The notes beneath the pieces were generated by a model. The model was not told the origin of the DNA. It did not search any database and saw nothing but the letters and a program-made list of their open reading frames with translations. The position numbers and the translations under genes were made by a program. Below are positions 13,961-27,015 of a DNA stretch of 64,000 nucleotides, piece after piece (positions within the stretch are counted from its first letter, which is position 1; every line of letters starts with the position of its first letter). Source of the DNA: Vicugna vicugna (taxonomy: Eukaryota); the NCBI GenBank assembly GCA_013265495.1, contig MU058198.1:5099779-5163778 (forward strand), in the 5' to 3' direction.

Positions 13961-14919
13961 TCAACACACTCCCACATGCACGTGTTCTCACCCAGAGACA
14001 CAGAGTCTTGTGCAGGATGGCTGAGCTATGAGACGAATGAAGAAAGAGGGTCAGGGGTGACAGAAAGTGGGTGGAGAGCGCTCAGGAATGGGAGACATCT
14101 GTCCAGACAGGAGGCAATGGTATTTGTGTTTCTCTGCAACTAGGCCAGCCATTTGGACCTGGAAAGGGAAATATTTTATTCCCCTAAAATCAGAGTCACA
14201 AATCTATATCCTAACTCAAGGTGCAAAGGTTTGAGGCTTATTCAGAACACATCCACAGTGGCTGACGAGTAAAGAGGAAGCCTGTTCCTCAAGGCAGCAT
14301 ATCAAATGTGTGCTGGACTCTGGAACAGGACCAGAAATTCTGTAGATCAAGCAGAGAGAGTCCAGGCAGAGGATGAGATCCAAGATCATCTGGGGGCAAA
14401 GTCCTGCTTCCCTGGAAACTTTTAGCAAAAGCAGAATCTGACTTTGGCAGAACTGTTGTGAGAGGATCTATGTAGGAGCATCAAAAGAGAACAGTAAGGG
14501 AAAATTTATTCACCCTGAAAACATTTTTGCAAAGTGGAGCTTTCTTAACGTGATGATAGAATGACTGCAAGGTTATCGTGGATAGATGAAGTATGAATGA
14601 TGTAGGCAGTGTTCAGACGTGCAACAAAGGCTGTGAGTTTTTCTGTGCCCCTCCCCTGCCAGCCAGCAGCGCAGATATCACCCCCTGGACCGGGTCTTCC
14701 CAAGGCTCCCTCCCCTAGGTGCTAGGACCTGGCTGGGATGCTGAGCCCAGCCCCTGAGAAGTCTGGCAAAATATGTAGAGCCTCAGTGAAGAGGGTCGGG
14801 GCCCTGGATAAAGAGTAAACATCGCACTCAGCCATTTCTAGCTTCTCTCCAGCTGGTGGTGAAGAGATGGAGGCCAACCTCCCACCATCTTAGGCTCTAC
14901 TTCACCTCCATTATCCTGC

Positions 14920-15460
14920 TGATGCAGGAAAAGGTGAGGTGAGAGGACGGCCGTGTCCCAGGTCTCAGTTGAGTCCCTGGGATGTGCCCCGCCAAGTGTG
15001 GGTCCTTGGCTTTGCACAGGAAAGAATTCAAGAGCAAGCCATAGTTGAGTAGAGGTAGATTTATTCAGAGATACGTACTCCATAGACAGAATGTGGTCCA
15101 TCTCATTAAGAAGGGAGAGGGGCCACGAGGCATGGGGGCTGTTAGTTTTTATGGGCTCGGAATCTTCATATGCTAACAAGTGGGAGGATTATTCCAGCTA
15201 CTCTGGGGAAGGGGCTGGGATTCCCAGGAATTGGGCCACCGCCCACTTTTGACCTTTTATGGTCAGCCTGGGAACTGTCATGGTGCCTGTGTTCATGTAT
15301 GACAGTGAGTGTATAATGAAGTTCAAGGTCTACTGGAAGTCAAATCTCCCACCACCTTGGGCCTCAAGGTCAGCTGGGAGTTGAATTTTTCAGCACCTTG
15401 GTGCTAATGGCTGTGTCATTCCTTGAATGGCTGTGCGCTGCCCCCTTCCTTCTGGTCTCA
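14920..15460 (-). mobile_element. Solo ERV1-class LTR, family A copy 2
   Basis: TG...CA termini, perfect 4-bp TSD CTGC (14916-14919 and 15461-15464), and tttatt (minus-strand AATAAA) at about 15060. Confidence 0.88.
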
Positions 15461-15822
15461 CTGCTGTATGGCTGAGTGAAAGGAGTAGATATGAGTGTCA
15501 AAATGTGCATGTGCACATCCAGAGAAGCATTCATTTATTCACTGTCATTTATGAAGTACCTCTTCCATACCAGGCTCTACAAGGGATAAATATAATACCT
15601 GGTGAGTAAAACAAAGTTCTGCTATTGTAGACTTCCATGCCAGATAGAAAGGCGTCAGCAGTCAGGTGAACCAGTAAGTAAAGGAAATAATTCCAAATCT
15701 TGACCAATGCCACAAAGTGTGAAGAAAAAGAAAAAGCAGAACGATGGGATAGAGAGTGACTTGGAGCAGGCATGACTTGGCAGAATGACCAGGGACGAAA
15801 ATCATAGCTGATGGACCAGACC

Positions 15823-16035
15823 AGCATTATCCAGTAGAACGTGTGTTACATGATGATGGAATGCACTAGGTCTGCGTCTCTGACACAGCAACCATTGACC
15901 ATTTGTCATAACCACTGAGCCCCTGAGATGTGGCTGCTGTCACTGAGGAGTTGAATCTTTAGTCCAATTTAAACTTAATTGATTTAAATTTAAGTAGCTA
16001 TGGGTGGCTAGTGGCTTTCAGAAGAGCCCAAAGCT
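15823..16035. mobile_element. MER3-like hAT-Charlie fossil
   Basis: ccagtagaac...gatgtggct...ctgaggagttgaat...ttaattgatttaaatttaagtagc...gtggctagtggct resembles the MER3 consensus. Confidence 0.6.
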
Positions 16036-17733
16036 AGACATTTGATAGAACATCTGAATGATGGGGAGACACCAGTTCTCCAAGATCTGGGAAAAGCCCA
16101 GTTCAGGATGAGGAAAGAGCAAATGCAGAAGGGAAGGATCTTGGAGTGTTGGAGGCCAGTGTTGCTGGGACTTGGACAACTTGGGATCGAGTTTGGAGAA
16201 CATATCATATAGGGTCTTGCAGACCATTCAAAGGGGGTTAGATTTCTTTTCTAATAGAATGAGAGATTAGTAAATGGATTTAAGCAGAAGAATTCTGTAA
16301 CAGTAATAATGATAATAATGATAGATAAAGTTCAGGTAAATTTATTAAGTTGACTTCATGCATAATTCCTTCCATCCATGCATCCTTCCTTCCATCCATT
16401 CTCCTTTTTTCCTTCCTTTTACCTTCCTCCCTTCCTTTATTCTTCCTTCTCTTCTTTCCAGCTTTGCTCTTTCTTTTCTTTCTTTCCTCTATCTCTTCCA
16501 GCATTGGGCAAATATTTATTCAGACCTCTGTGATTCTATGCGCTACGTGAGGTGCCGGGAATTCAGCAGTAGGCAGAAGGAACCAACCATCTTCCGTCTT
16601 GGGAGTCTGCTTTCTTTAAGACAGACTCTATACAAGAAAATAAACACATGAACCAGATAATGTCAGGTAACAAGAAGCCCTGAGAAGTGAACAAAACAGG
16701 ATGGTGCGAAGGAGAGTGATTTTAGGTGGTGTTCGGGGAAGAGGACTGCGGTCTGAGTGGGTGATGTTTGAACCAAGACCTGAATAATGAGAAGGAGCCA
16801 GTTATGGGAAGAGCAGAGGGAAGTGAGTGTGTGAGTGGTGTGTGTGTGTGTGACAAAGAGAGGCAGAGAGACCCTCCGTCAGGGATCAGCGTGCACGAAT
16901 ACCAGATAATACAAGAGTCTTCAACCTCCGGAGCACAATGTGTGCATGTTTGTATGTCTTTCTAGGTTTGCGCTGATCTTTCCTGCTGTCATTTCTCCAT
17001 CTGTTATACAATCAGATTGATGGGTTTGAAAATCTGTTTAGTATTTCATGCGCCCCAAGCTGTGAAAGTCAGGTCTAAGGACAGGCACGGTAGGGTGCAC
17101 TAATTAATTTATGATTGTGCTTTACATCATTGAAGCAAGAGATCTTGATCTGGGGATGCAACTGGATGAAGGAAATAGCTCAAGGGCAAACATGGAAGGC
17201 CCATGCCTGGGCACTTTGTGGGAGAGACTCTCCTGCCATCCTGGCCAAATGTAGGGAGAAAAAAAAGGGGGAGCTTCTGGGACTGCGTTCTCTCAGCAGA
17301 GAGAACAAGTGTCCTTCAACACTAGAGCTGGTGCGTGGCAGTGACAGAACGCTGTTCTTCGCAGCACCGTTCACATCTGCTGCTCCTATGGACGGAGGTT
17401 TCCATCTTGACGGACTTATTTAACAAGCTTCCATAGGCAGGCTTGAGTTGACCCGACCAACCCTTCCACCAAGGACACATCGAGTTCTTTGACCGAACCT
17501 CATCTGCCCAGCCCATCAGGTTCCTTGGACCGCAAGGAAGAAACACGAATTATCTACAAAAGCAAAGTTTGTTCTAAGGAGACCCATGAGGTAAACATCG
17601 CATAACCTCCCCATCGGCACAGATCCTGAGGTGGCCTTGTCTGTGCGTGCACAACAAATAAACAGCCTTCTCGTATCATGGCGACAGTAATTAACACCAG
17701 TACCCAGCAGGCCTTTCCTTCCAGGCACCGTGC

Positions 17734-18090
17734 TGTCTTGACTCGTTCAGGCTGCTGTAACAAGAGTGCCATAGACTGGGGGGCTTAAATGACACATTTA
17801 TTTCCCACAGTTCTGGAGGCGGGGATGTCCAAGGTCAAGGTGCCGGCAGATTCAGTGTCTGATGAGGACCTGCTTCCTGGCCCATAGAGGGCTATCTTTT
17901 CACTGTATCCAGAGAGGGCAGAAAAGGGGAGGGAGCTTTCTGGTGGTCTCTTGTATAAGGCCACTTTTCCTATTCATGAGAGCCTCACCCTCATGACCTC
18001 ATCCCCTCTCAAGGGCCACACCCCCTCCTACCATCACATTAGGTGTTCAGGTTTAAATATGAATGGGGGAGGTGGACAAACATCACCAGA
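17734..18090 (-). mobile_element. MaLR solo LTR (MLT1A-like)
   Basis: ggctgctgtaacaag...catttatttcccacagttctggaggc...gtccaaggtcaaggtgccggcagattcagtgtctgatgagg...ctcatgacctcatc are typical MLT1 motifs. Confidence 0.8.
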
Positions 18091-18100
18091 ACCATCAGCC

Positions 18101-18212
18101 TTTTGAGGGAGGAGGTAATTAGGTTTATTTATTTATTTATTTATTTATTTACTTACTTACTTATTTATTAATGGAGGTATTGGGGATTGAACCCAGGACT
18201 ATACCCTCCCCC
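18101..18212 (-). mobile_element. tRNA-Ala-derived (Vic-1-type) SINE with an internal deletion and (TTTA)n tail
   Basis: ggggattgaacccagga is joined directly to ctataccctcccc, so about 35 nt of the tRNA body present in other copies is missing. Confidence 0.8.
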
Positions 18213-18489
18213 CAGCACCAGCCCTCTCCATCTTCATCAAACATGCTCTGAGACTGGTCTTGCTTGCGATCCCCATTGTATATCGTGAGGAAACTGAGGC
18301 TTGAGGTGGCCAAACAGGTTTCCCAAAGCCCTTTATTTTTTTTAATTTTTTCAATTTTAATATATTTTATTGCATTCACTATACCTGAAATATTTTCACT
18401 TAATCATGCGATCAGTATGAAGATGACTAATGAGGTATTTGCATTCTTTTTTTCTCCCCTTATGCTTAATCTTTAATATCCATTGTGTA

Positions 18490-18680
18490 TTTTTTAATTG
18501 AAGTTTACGATGTATCAATTTCTGGTGTATAGCATAATGTTTCAGTCACATATATATATATATATGACATATATTCGTTTTCATATTCTTTTTCAATCTT
18601 TTACAACAAGATATTGAATAGAGTTCCCTGTGCTCTGCAGAAGAAACTTGTTGTCTATCTATTTTATATATAGTAGTTAG
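18490..18680 (-). mobile_element. Short L1 3'-UTR fragment, preceded by a MER33-like piece at about 18350-18490
   Basis: tttttaattgaag...atattgaatagagttccctgtgct...ctattttatatatagtag resembles the other L1 tails in the window. Confidence 0.75.
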
Positions 18681-20999
18681 CAGTCCTTTAGAGTGAGGAC
18701 GGCAGAGCCAGAAGAGAACCACACAGTTAGGGACCGCAGGGCTGAGACACGCAAAAGGGTGACACAGGCAGACTCATCGGGAGCTGGCAGGGCTTGGATC
18801 AGCAGCAGGATGCAGGCGAGAAGGAAGCAGGCCAGCAGCATCCCTCAGGCAGTGATGAGCTGACACACAGCTGGGAGTGCCGTGTGAGGTGGAGGGACCT
18901 GGAACGGAGCCTTCCCGAGAGGAGCCCCCTCCTGTCACCGTCTGTTACATCGTGAGCACAAGGTGCCCGTGCAGACAACGCTGACACCTCCGTAATCATC
19001 ATGTAATTGTGGCACCTGCCCTTTGAAACGCTGAGCCCGAGGAAAGAAAACACAATGAAGCAGCTAATAGAAGCTGGTGTGTGAGCTTCTACAGCTGGGC
19101 GCTCTTTGAATGTTTATGAATAAAGTGTCGGAGAAGTTCACTGCGGGTGGAATCCCCAGTCAGGGGCAGGTGAACTGAGCCAGGTCTCGTTAATTCAAAA
19201 GCAGGGAGCATCTCGTTTTAGAATCTCTGGGCTGAGACGGTCCAATAACAAAAGAGGAAGGATTGAGGGAGATCTGTGGGTCAGAAGGCACTGATGGGGG
19301 CTGAGATTGTAGGCAGGAGAAAGGCTTAGATTTTTAGAACCATCCTTCCCATCCTGTGGGCTGGCGAATATCTGCAAGGGACCCTCCCATCCCTGTCGAT
19401 ATCAAACATGGAGTATCAGCTAAACCAATAAAAATCTCACACACACACACACACACACACATCTGGCCACTTTTCAGACAAGTAGATTCTGTGGTGACGA
19501 CTCAATCACAAATTCATTTTAAAAGACTTGTCGACTTCATGGTTGCTTTCTGTCCATCTGTTTTCTAAATCAAACCGTATGAACAAGTCAGCTTCTGCTG
19601 AGTGGTGGTCTGTGGGTGCTGAAGCCCAGGATGGGGGGTGGGGGTTAGTCACACTGGGAAAAGTCAGGGACCACAAGGAGGGCTAAAAGCAAGCCTACGA
19701 TTGGGGTAGTTGGAGGGATGGGCCCTAGAAAGTGGCCAAGCTCTGCCCAGAACTGAGGCTTTTCAAATGCTTGGGCACCTCGGGGTGGCAAAGAGAAAGA
19801 GATTTCTAGGAATTCATTGGAATCTGTGCCAAACTGAAACGGTTGGGTGCTGTCAGAGTGGGCTGTATCATCGCCATATGTATCAGTGTTGCTTTCTGTG
19901 AATCAGGGTCATCATTTACAGATACATGTCTCTATTAGGCAACGGGTAATAGGCATTGGGACTCAGAACTTAAGCAGGCTAGTCTCCTTCACTCACTCAA
20001 CGAATAGATTTGTTTGCACCCGCTACGCGCTACGTTACACTAGCAGTAATAACAAGGGGGGACAGTTCCCAGTACTCGCTCTATGCTGGGATGCGGGCTG
20101 CCTGATACCTTTTCTTTTGAATGAAGAGGAGATGTCTTAACCCCCATTTGACGGATGATGGAACTGAGGCTCAAACACACGAAATGAGTTGCTCAGGGCG
20201 AGTTGTGGTTCAGAGATGGAACCCCAGAGTTAAACGCTGAGCCACCCACCTTGCTCAGGGTGAGCACGCACTGACAGCTTCTGAAGGAGATGACTGTAGA
20301 CTCTGAAATCAAGTCGACCCTCAGCCAGTGATTCTCTACCTGAAACTAATAGACTTCTATGATCCTAAGAGATAAGGACAGACTTCCCTGACTACTTTTA
20401 CTATTTGAGAAGATGCAAGCTTCTTCAGGGCAAGATCTTATTCTTTGTTTTATCTCCTCACATTAGCACAGTGCTTGGCATATGACCATTGCCAAGTTAA
20501 TGAACAGATGAATGGTTTTTTGAATCCTCAAATATCTGTACTTACCTGGCACAAACTTTCAATCCACAGAAACACCTGCGACCTGAGTTTGCTGTTTTCT
20601 CCCAGGACGTGGTCAGGTGTCATTCAAAATTGGAATCACTTCCTCATTCTTTTCCAGTTATTTGAATTCTTTGTGTATCTTCCAAGCCCCCCTCTTTCTT
20701 CCTCTCCCCTGCTATCTGCCAGGCACTCTTTTAGGTACTAACTCATATAATCTCCACCAAGTCCTGATAAAATGGGTCTGCTCAGTATGATGCCTGTTTC
20801 CAGATGATGAAACTGAGGTGCCAATTTCTTGGGTTAGTACTTTGCCCAGAGTCTCACACACAGCTAATAAGTGGATCCAAATTCGGTTCACCTGGAGTGT
20901 CTGCTGCTAACCGCCAGGCTGTAGAGCCCAGTGTCTGAAAGTGCTGGGAGAAGCTGGTCTGGTGTCAGAAGCTGAGCTCTCGACAGCAGAGCAGCACAG

Positions 21000-21520
21000 A
21001 ATGAGCCCGCAGTGAGCGGCGTATGATTACCGCCTTACGCTGGTTATCGTTGTTGTTCCCTGGGAGGCGGTCCCGGGGCGCTGACCTGCATCCCCCGATG
21101 GCGCGTGCGCTCAGCTCAGCGCCGCCGCCTCGGGGAGCGGAGCCCAGTCGCAGAGCGTGTCTGCGAGAGCAGCTGTGCGATCTTGCGGGCTGCTTCTCGC
21201 TTCAGGACTGTGTGTTGACGCCGATGTCACGGCTGCTCTGAGCACCCCAGATACTGTTAACGAGCTGTTCCAAGCCCAGCTGCAGTGTTTTCTCACCATA
21301 TGGTCCACGCTGCCGTGCGCGGTCTTCCAGACGGGGATGGGGCACGGGACTCAGAAACGCGCAGCCGCGCGCGCGGGAAACCCGCCGAGAGGAGCCAGTG
21401 CGCTCCCAGCTGCCCAGTTCTCCTCACCTGCAGGGGCCATGCGTTCGTGCACAGGTCATTCATTTGTCCACCCAACACCCACGCGTAGTAATGGGGCGGC
21501 TGCCGCGCGGCAGATACTGG
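21000..21520. promoter_or_regulatory. Intronic CpG-island-like patch
   Basis: Marked local excess of CpG (gcgcgtgcgc, cgccgccgcc, ccgcgcgcgcggg) against a CpG-depleted background, followed by a G-run cluster at about 21589-21613. Confidence 0.65.
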
Positions 21521-21879
21521 GTGGGGCACTGGGAAGACAAAGTGGATAAAACATTGCCCGTGGCTTTGAAGAACTGAGACTAGGCATGGAGGGGGGAGGG
21601 GGGCGGGCATGGGAACGAACTATATTATGACATTATTTTAAATTCAGTAATACAGGGAGTTACGAAAGACTCTGAAAATTAAAAGGACTTGGTGAAAATC
21701 TTTATAATGTAATTAAACTTTTTTTTTTTTTTGCACACCAGCATCTAAACCCCTTTCCTAGTCAGGAGAAGTCCCCAGATAGGCTAAAGTCAGGCCCCAT
21801 CTTCTACTGGCAAAGGTAAAGAGCATCTGACATTCCTGCTCCCTACTTTCTGGCTGGTGGACTGAGAACACGTGTCCAC

Positions 21880-22520
21880 CTCCAACTTGGAGCTCCCTTG
21901 AGTTTGAGAATCCTGGATCAAGATGATTACTCAGCTCCTGCACTTAAGTATCTCATATCACAAGTCCAAAATTAGACTTGGTACCTTCCCCCGAAACCGG
22001 CTTCTTTCCCAGTGTTCTCCACGTCAGTAACCTGCACTGCTTCTGAACCATTAGCTCAGGCCAACAATCTTGCAGTCATCTCTGACACCCTCTGTCTCTT
22101 GCACATACATCCCCCCCATCGTAAAGGACCACTGGCCCTACTTTTTAAAGGCATCCCGATTCTGAACGCTTCATCCCCCGGTTGCCCTCTTCACCTGCAT
22201 CCGTGCCACCACCATCTCTGTCCTGTCCCCCTCTTAGTGGACTGCCTTCCTCCTGCTCTTGCCACATTCCTCTTTGTTCTCAGCAAAGCAGCCAGAAAAA
22301 AAAAAAAGTCTTAAAATGTAAATCCTATGTTTTCCTGTTTAATGTCCTTCAGTGGTTTCTCATCACACACAGAATAAAACCCAGTGTCTTTCCTGTGGCC
22401 CAGAAGATCCCCCCACCATGGCCTTTCCCTCCCCACCCCCCACCCCCCCACTTTTCTCTCTTTCTTAGCTATGTTCACTCCTCTCCGGCATGACTGGTCT
22501 CCTCTCTGCATCTCAAGCAC
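21880..22520 (+). mobile_element. L2 fragment (3' region)
   Basis: cacttaagtatctc...tccaaaattagac...ttagctcaggccaacaatcttgcagtcatctctgac...cagcagccaga...cagtggtttctcatcacacacagaataaaaccca are characteristic L2 3' motifs. Confidence 0.75.
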
Positions 22521-22746
22521 ACCGAGATGTGAGAACATGGGTGTGTTGAAATGTCAGACCCAGGCGAGAAGAACTTACCTAAAACCAGGAGAGAGAAAGA
22601 AAATTGGAGCTGGAGAGTTCCTGAGAAGGCAGAGGGAGATAAGACCCAAAGCCCAGTTGGGGAGTGGTTCCCTCACCCATAGAAGAGCTGCATCCTCTAG
22701 TTTTTCAGGAAGAAGGAGATTAGAATAAATAAAGAAATAGTTGCTG

Positions 22747-23397
22747 TGATCCCACTCCTGGGCATATATCCAGAGAAAACTATAATTTGAAAAGACACAT
22801 GCACCTCAGTGTTCACAGCAACACTGTTTGCAATAGTCAAGACATGGAAACAGCCTAAATGTCCATCGACAGAGGACTGGATAAAGAAATTGTGGTCTAT
22901 ATACACAATGGAATACTACTCAGCCATAAAAAAGAATAAAATAATGCCATTTGCAGCAACATGGATGGACCCGGAGATTGTCATTCTAAGTGAAGTAAGC
23001 CAGAAAGAGAAAGAAAAATATCATATGATATCACTTATATGTGGGATCTTAAAAGAAAAAAAAAGACACAAATGAACTCGTTTACAAAACAGAAACAAAC
23101 TCACAGACATAGAGAACAAACGTATGGTTACCAGGTGGATAAGGGGGTTCGAAGGAATAAACTGGGAGTTTGAACTTTGCACATACTAACTACTATATAT
23201 AAAACAGATAAACGACAAGCATCTACTGTATATAAGACAGAGAACTCTATTCAATATCTTGTAGTAGCCTATAATGAAAAAGAGTATGAAAATGAATATA
23301 TGTATGTATGTGTGTGACTGAAACATGACTGTATGCCAGAAATTGACACAACATGGTAAACTGACTATACTTCAATAAAAAAATTAAAAAAAAAAAG
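22747..23397 (+). mobile_element. 5'-truncated L1, sense to HS3ST4
   Basis: ORF 22809-23075 MFTATLFAIVKTWKQPKCPSTEDWIKKLWSIYTMEYYSAIKKNKIMPFAATWM is the L1 ORF2p C-terminus. AATAAA at 23374-23379 and an A tail. Confidence 0.93.
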
Positions 23398-25121
23398 TTG
23401 TTGGATTGAGGGCCCAAGAAAGAAGAGGTGAAGGGATGAGGCTGAGAAATGGCAGATTAGGGCAACAAAACCAGTCACAGCAAAGCCCCGCCGTAGGACA
23501 GGAGATTAATGGTTTATTCATCCATTCAGTGAATCTGCATTCAACGGACATTCATCGAGCGCCTGCTATCTGCCAGGAACTGGTGTTGGGCAGTGACACT
23601 GATGCGGAGTTACATTTGCTCAGCCTTGAGCTTAGGGACCAAAGACATCCTTCCTCAGTGAGACCTTGAAAAATTACCTTTAGGTTCTGAGTCTCTTTCC
23701 TTCTCTGGAAAATTGGAATAGTAATGATACCTGCTTTGTTGATTAAAATATTTATGTGATGCTGTAAAGAACTCTCCACTTACCAGATGTTGTTAGATTG
23801 GAAACTTGGTGGGGGAAAGGGACTGTGTCTGCTTTGTTCATTATTATATTGCCATTTATGGAAGTAGGTATTTATGGAATAAATGAATGAATGAATGAAT
23901 GAATGAATATAACTGATTCGAATTGGTTTGGGGAAGGGGGAACGGCCACTTCATTTTGGAGCAGCTACTGGATAGCTTCCTACTGGCCCAAAACTCCTGT
24001 GTGTCTCATGCCGCGACAGTTGTATCTTGTCTCAATGAAATGGGCTTACCGTGTGTGCTCCAAAATAGGAACTCTCCTAAAATAGATGGTGTCCTCCACC
24101 TGCAACACAATGATTAAAGCCATTTGGGCTCCTCTGTTCCCCTCTGCCTTCTCCAGTGCCAGCTCCAGCCCCACTCCTCTCATTCCCTTTTGCCCCAGGC
24201 ACTGAGCTAGGCACGCACTTACCCCCCACCCCATACACACTGGCTTACAGGCTGGGTACCATTTATCCCGGATGCTTCAGATAAAAGTCTCAAGGTCCAC
24301 AAGGATCTTGACAGACTGTAGCAATTAGCTGAACGGGGTCTATGTAAAGACAAACACTGAGGTCTAAGAAGGGACTGGCAGAGACAGGAGGAGACGAAAA
24401 AGCCTAACAGGTACTCCTGGGTCTAAAGAAAAATGCAACACAATAAAGGAGCAAAAATCTGGAAAAGGCTTTGTAAAAAATAACAATTTTCAGATAATTT
24501 TTGCATCCACATTTATTTAATATTTTTATAATATGGCATGAGTCCCATAAAAAAATTAAGAGAATTTATCTCTCCAACTGAAATAAAAGTAGGGTATTGG
24601 TACGTTCCTTCAACTCCAGCTGAACTAACAGCAGCTCCCCCATTGGTCAGCAGCCTCCAGACCAGGAGCCATGGCTGATGATGTTGGCTTGAACCAGAAT
24701 ATCCTTTCTTACTTTCTTCCTGCGTTCTCGTGTTGTTCAGCTTTTCCAGTTAGTCAGACGTAAATATTTCCTCCTTGCTCTCCTCTGAGAGTTGCTATGC
24801 CAATGATCTTGTGCATCTGGCAAAAGTTTTTAAAATCCTGGCCTTCACTGGGCACTATTCTAAGTAACTGACCTGCATTATCACACTCAGTCTTCATAAG
24901 GGAGGAACTCATTGACTCTATTTTTTGAGATGAGAAAATTGAGATTCAAAATGTTGGTTAAGTAACTTCCTCAAGGTGATATGGGTAGTCCGAATTCTTA
25001 AATCAGGCACATCTGGCTCCCCCAAACTGTGTTCCTTAACCCAAGCCCTCCAAAGGACACGGTTCCATCTGGTGGGAGTCAGGTAAGCACATAAACGTGA
25101 AGACATTCAAAATACTGGGGA

Positions 25122-25233
25122 GGTGGGGGAGGGTATAGCTCAGTGGTAGAGCACATGCTTTGCATGCATGAGGTCCTGGGTTCAATTCCCAGTACCTCCA
25201 TTAAAAAAGTAATAATAAAATAAATTTTTTTTT
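25122..25233 (+). mobile_element. tRNA-Ala-derived (Vic-1-type) SINE
   Basis: GGGTATAGCTCAGTGGTAGAGC...GGTTCAATTCCCAGTACCTCCA with A and B boxes, an A-rich tail and perfect 13-bp TSD AAAATACTGGGGA (25109-25121 and 25234-25246). Confidence 0.93.
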
Positions 25234-26244
25234 AAAATACTGGGGAAACAGCATCAGTTTTTATCAGTATTTATGTCCAGGGCTATGCTTTGATCTGAAG
25301 ACCGCACACTGTCCAACCATCATCCTCCAATAACGTCAAACTCTGTGTGAATTTCTCTGCCAGGCAAATTCCTCTGGCCTAAGAGAAGTGCTTGCCAAGA
25401 AAGCTCAAAACCCAGGAGCAATTAATTATTGACAGAGCATCTGAATAAGAGATAAAAGAGAAGTCATTCTTTCTCCCCACACACGATAGTAAATAAATTT
25501 AATTATGGTAGGGGAAGCCGAGGGATCTTCGTCTGTATTAAGTTTTATTAGCTGAGACATTTAAAAACATGTCCTCATCACAAAGAGGTCTTGTGTAATC
25601 CTAAATGTCCCACTTTGGTGCAAGGCTTGGAAGTGAATAGATTTAATGGAGCACATGGTGGCAGATGGCCTGCTGTACCTACAGGTTTTGAGCTGGTTTA
25701 TCGTCAATTAACTTTGGTCTACAGATGCCTATAGCAAATTGACTGCATCATAGGATCCCAAGCCTCATTTTCTCACTGATAGACCCTGCCACATTGGGAT
25801 CAGGGGACAAATGGCATCAAACTCCCTTAATATCTGGAAGCTCCCAAGTCAGACAAGGCCACTCTGCAGGTGAACACGGATGGATGGAGGGGTCGGTTTG
25901 GAGAAGCATCCTTGGGAAGGAAACCAAGAGACATGGGTCCTGGTGTGGGATCTATCCCTGGTTCACTGGGCAACCTTGGAAGCCAAGAAAGGAGAAGTCC
26001 CATGTGTAAAACCAGCTCCACGCTTAGCTGCTGTCACAAAAAAAAAAAAAAAAACCAAGTGACTACATGTCACACCATAAAATGACTATATGTCATTTTA
26101 TTCTCAACTGAACTTGAGCTAAGTTTTAGGATTTTACAGATGAGGATGATAGGGCTCGGGGATGTGATTCGACTTGCTGAGCTCACCAAGCCTGATTCCC
26201 TGTCTCTGGGCTTAAGTTTCCTCATTTGGACAAAGATACCTTTG

Positions 26245-26545
26245 GACTTTTCTTAAAGGGCCAGAAAGGAATTATGGTCGGCTTTGCATGTAACACGATC
26301 CTTGTTGCAACTACTCAACTCTGCTGTTTTAGGTAAAATAACAGCCACCGACAGTACAAAAAGGAATGAATGTGGCCATCTCATTCATTGAATGTTTATC
26401 TAGGGTGTTGGAATTAGAAGTTGTTAAAATTTTTGTGCATCACAGAATGTTATTATTACTTGGGTTTTTCCCAACCATTGAAAGAGGAAAAATCATTCTT
26501 AGCTGTGGGCCGTACAAAACCAGGTAGTAGTTTGCCAGCCCCTAG
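26245..26545. mobile_element. MER58-like hAT-Charlie fossil
   Basis: ttttcttaaagggccaga...gttgcaactactcaactctgc...gggccgtacaaaaccagg...tagtttgccagcccctag resembles MER58B. Confidence 0.7.
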
Positions 26546-26979
26546 ACCAGGTCATCTTGGAAGTCTTGTTGAAGGCAAGCGTTTTCTGAAAGCCACTCCA
26601 GCAATCATATCCTCGATTTTTTAAGCTCTTCCACGGGCTAAATGCTTTAAAAGCATTCTCTCTCTTAATCCTTTTACAAAAGTGTGAAGGAGGTCTTGTC
26701 ATTATCTTCATTTCAGAGATTATAAAACTAATACGTAGAGAAACTAAGAGTCCATCTAGGTTAAACATAACTGGTAAGAGATAGAGCCGCAATTTACACT
26801 CAAGTGTACAAGGTTCCCAAGAATGCATGCATCCACCTTCTGCCGCCTTTTCTGATAATACTTCCCTCAGAACTACAATGGGACATAGAGTCAAAAAGAA
26901 CTTCCAAGTGTATGTGAATTTTCCCCGGTAGCTCCCCGCTGGGCTTTCGTGCAACAAGTTACAACTATTTCTGGAGAGG

Positions 26980-27015
26980 AATAACCACTCTCTTTCCTGT
27001 TCCTCCCTCTTCCAG
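26980..27015 (+). promoter_or_regulatory. HS3ST4: 3' splice acceptor of the HS3ST4 terminal exon
   Basis: Candidate branch point in aTAAC (A at 26984), pyrimidine tract ctctctttcctgttcctccctcttc, then CAG ending at 27015. There is no other AG between the branch point and the acceptor. Confidence 0.88.

Noticed and set aside
7815..15460. Two same-orientation LTRs 6.5 kb apart suggesting a full provirus
   Set aside because: Each LTR has its own 4-bp flanking duplication, and the interval holds L2, MIR and L1 fossils with no recognisable primer-binding site or gag/pol/env.
25122..25201. tRNA-Ala-like sequences (this copy and those at about 32457, 32983, 46051, 56395, 58701 and 62259) as tRNA genes
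   Set aside because: They have A-rich tails, TSDs in most cases, extra 5' G-rich bases and scattered substitutions, so they are SINE copies rather than functional tRNA genes.
26499..26957. 152-aa antisense ORF just upstream of the exon
   Set aside because: It runs through MER58-like and MIR-like sequence, has a non-ATG start and shows no protein similarity I can recognise.
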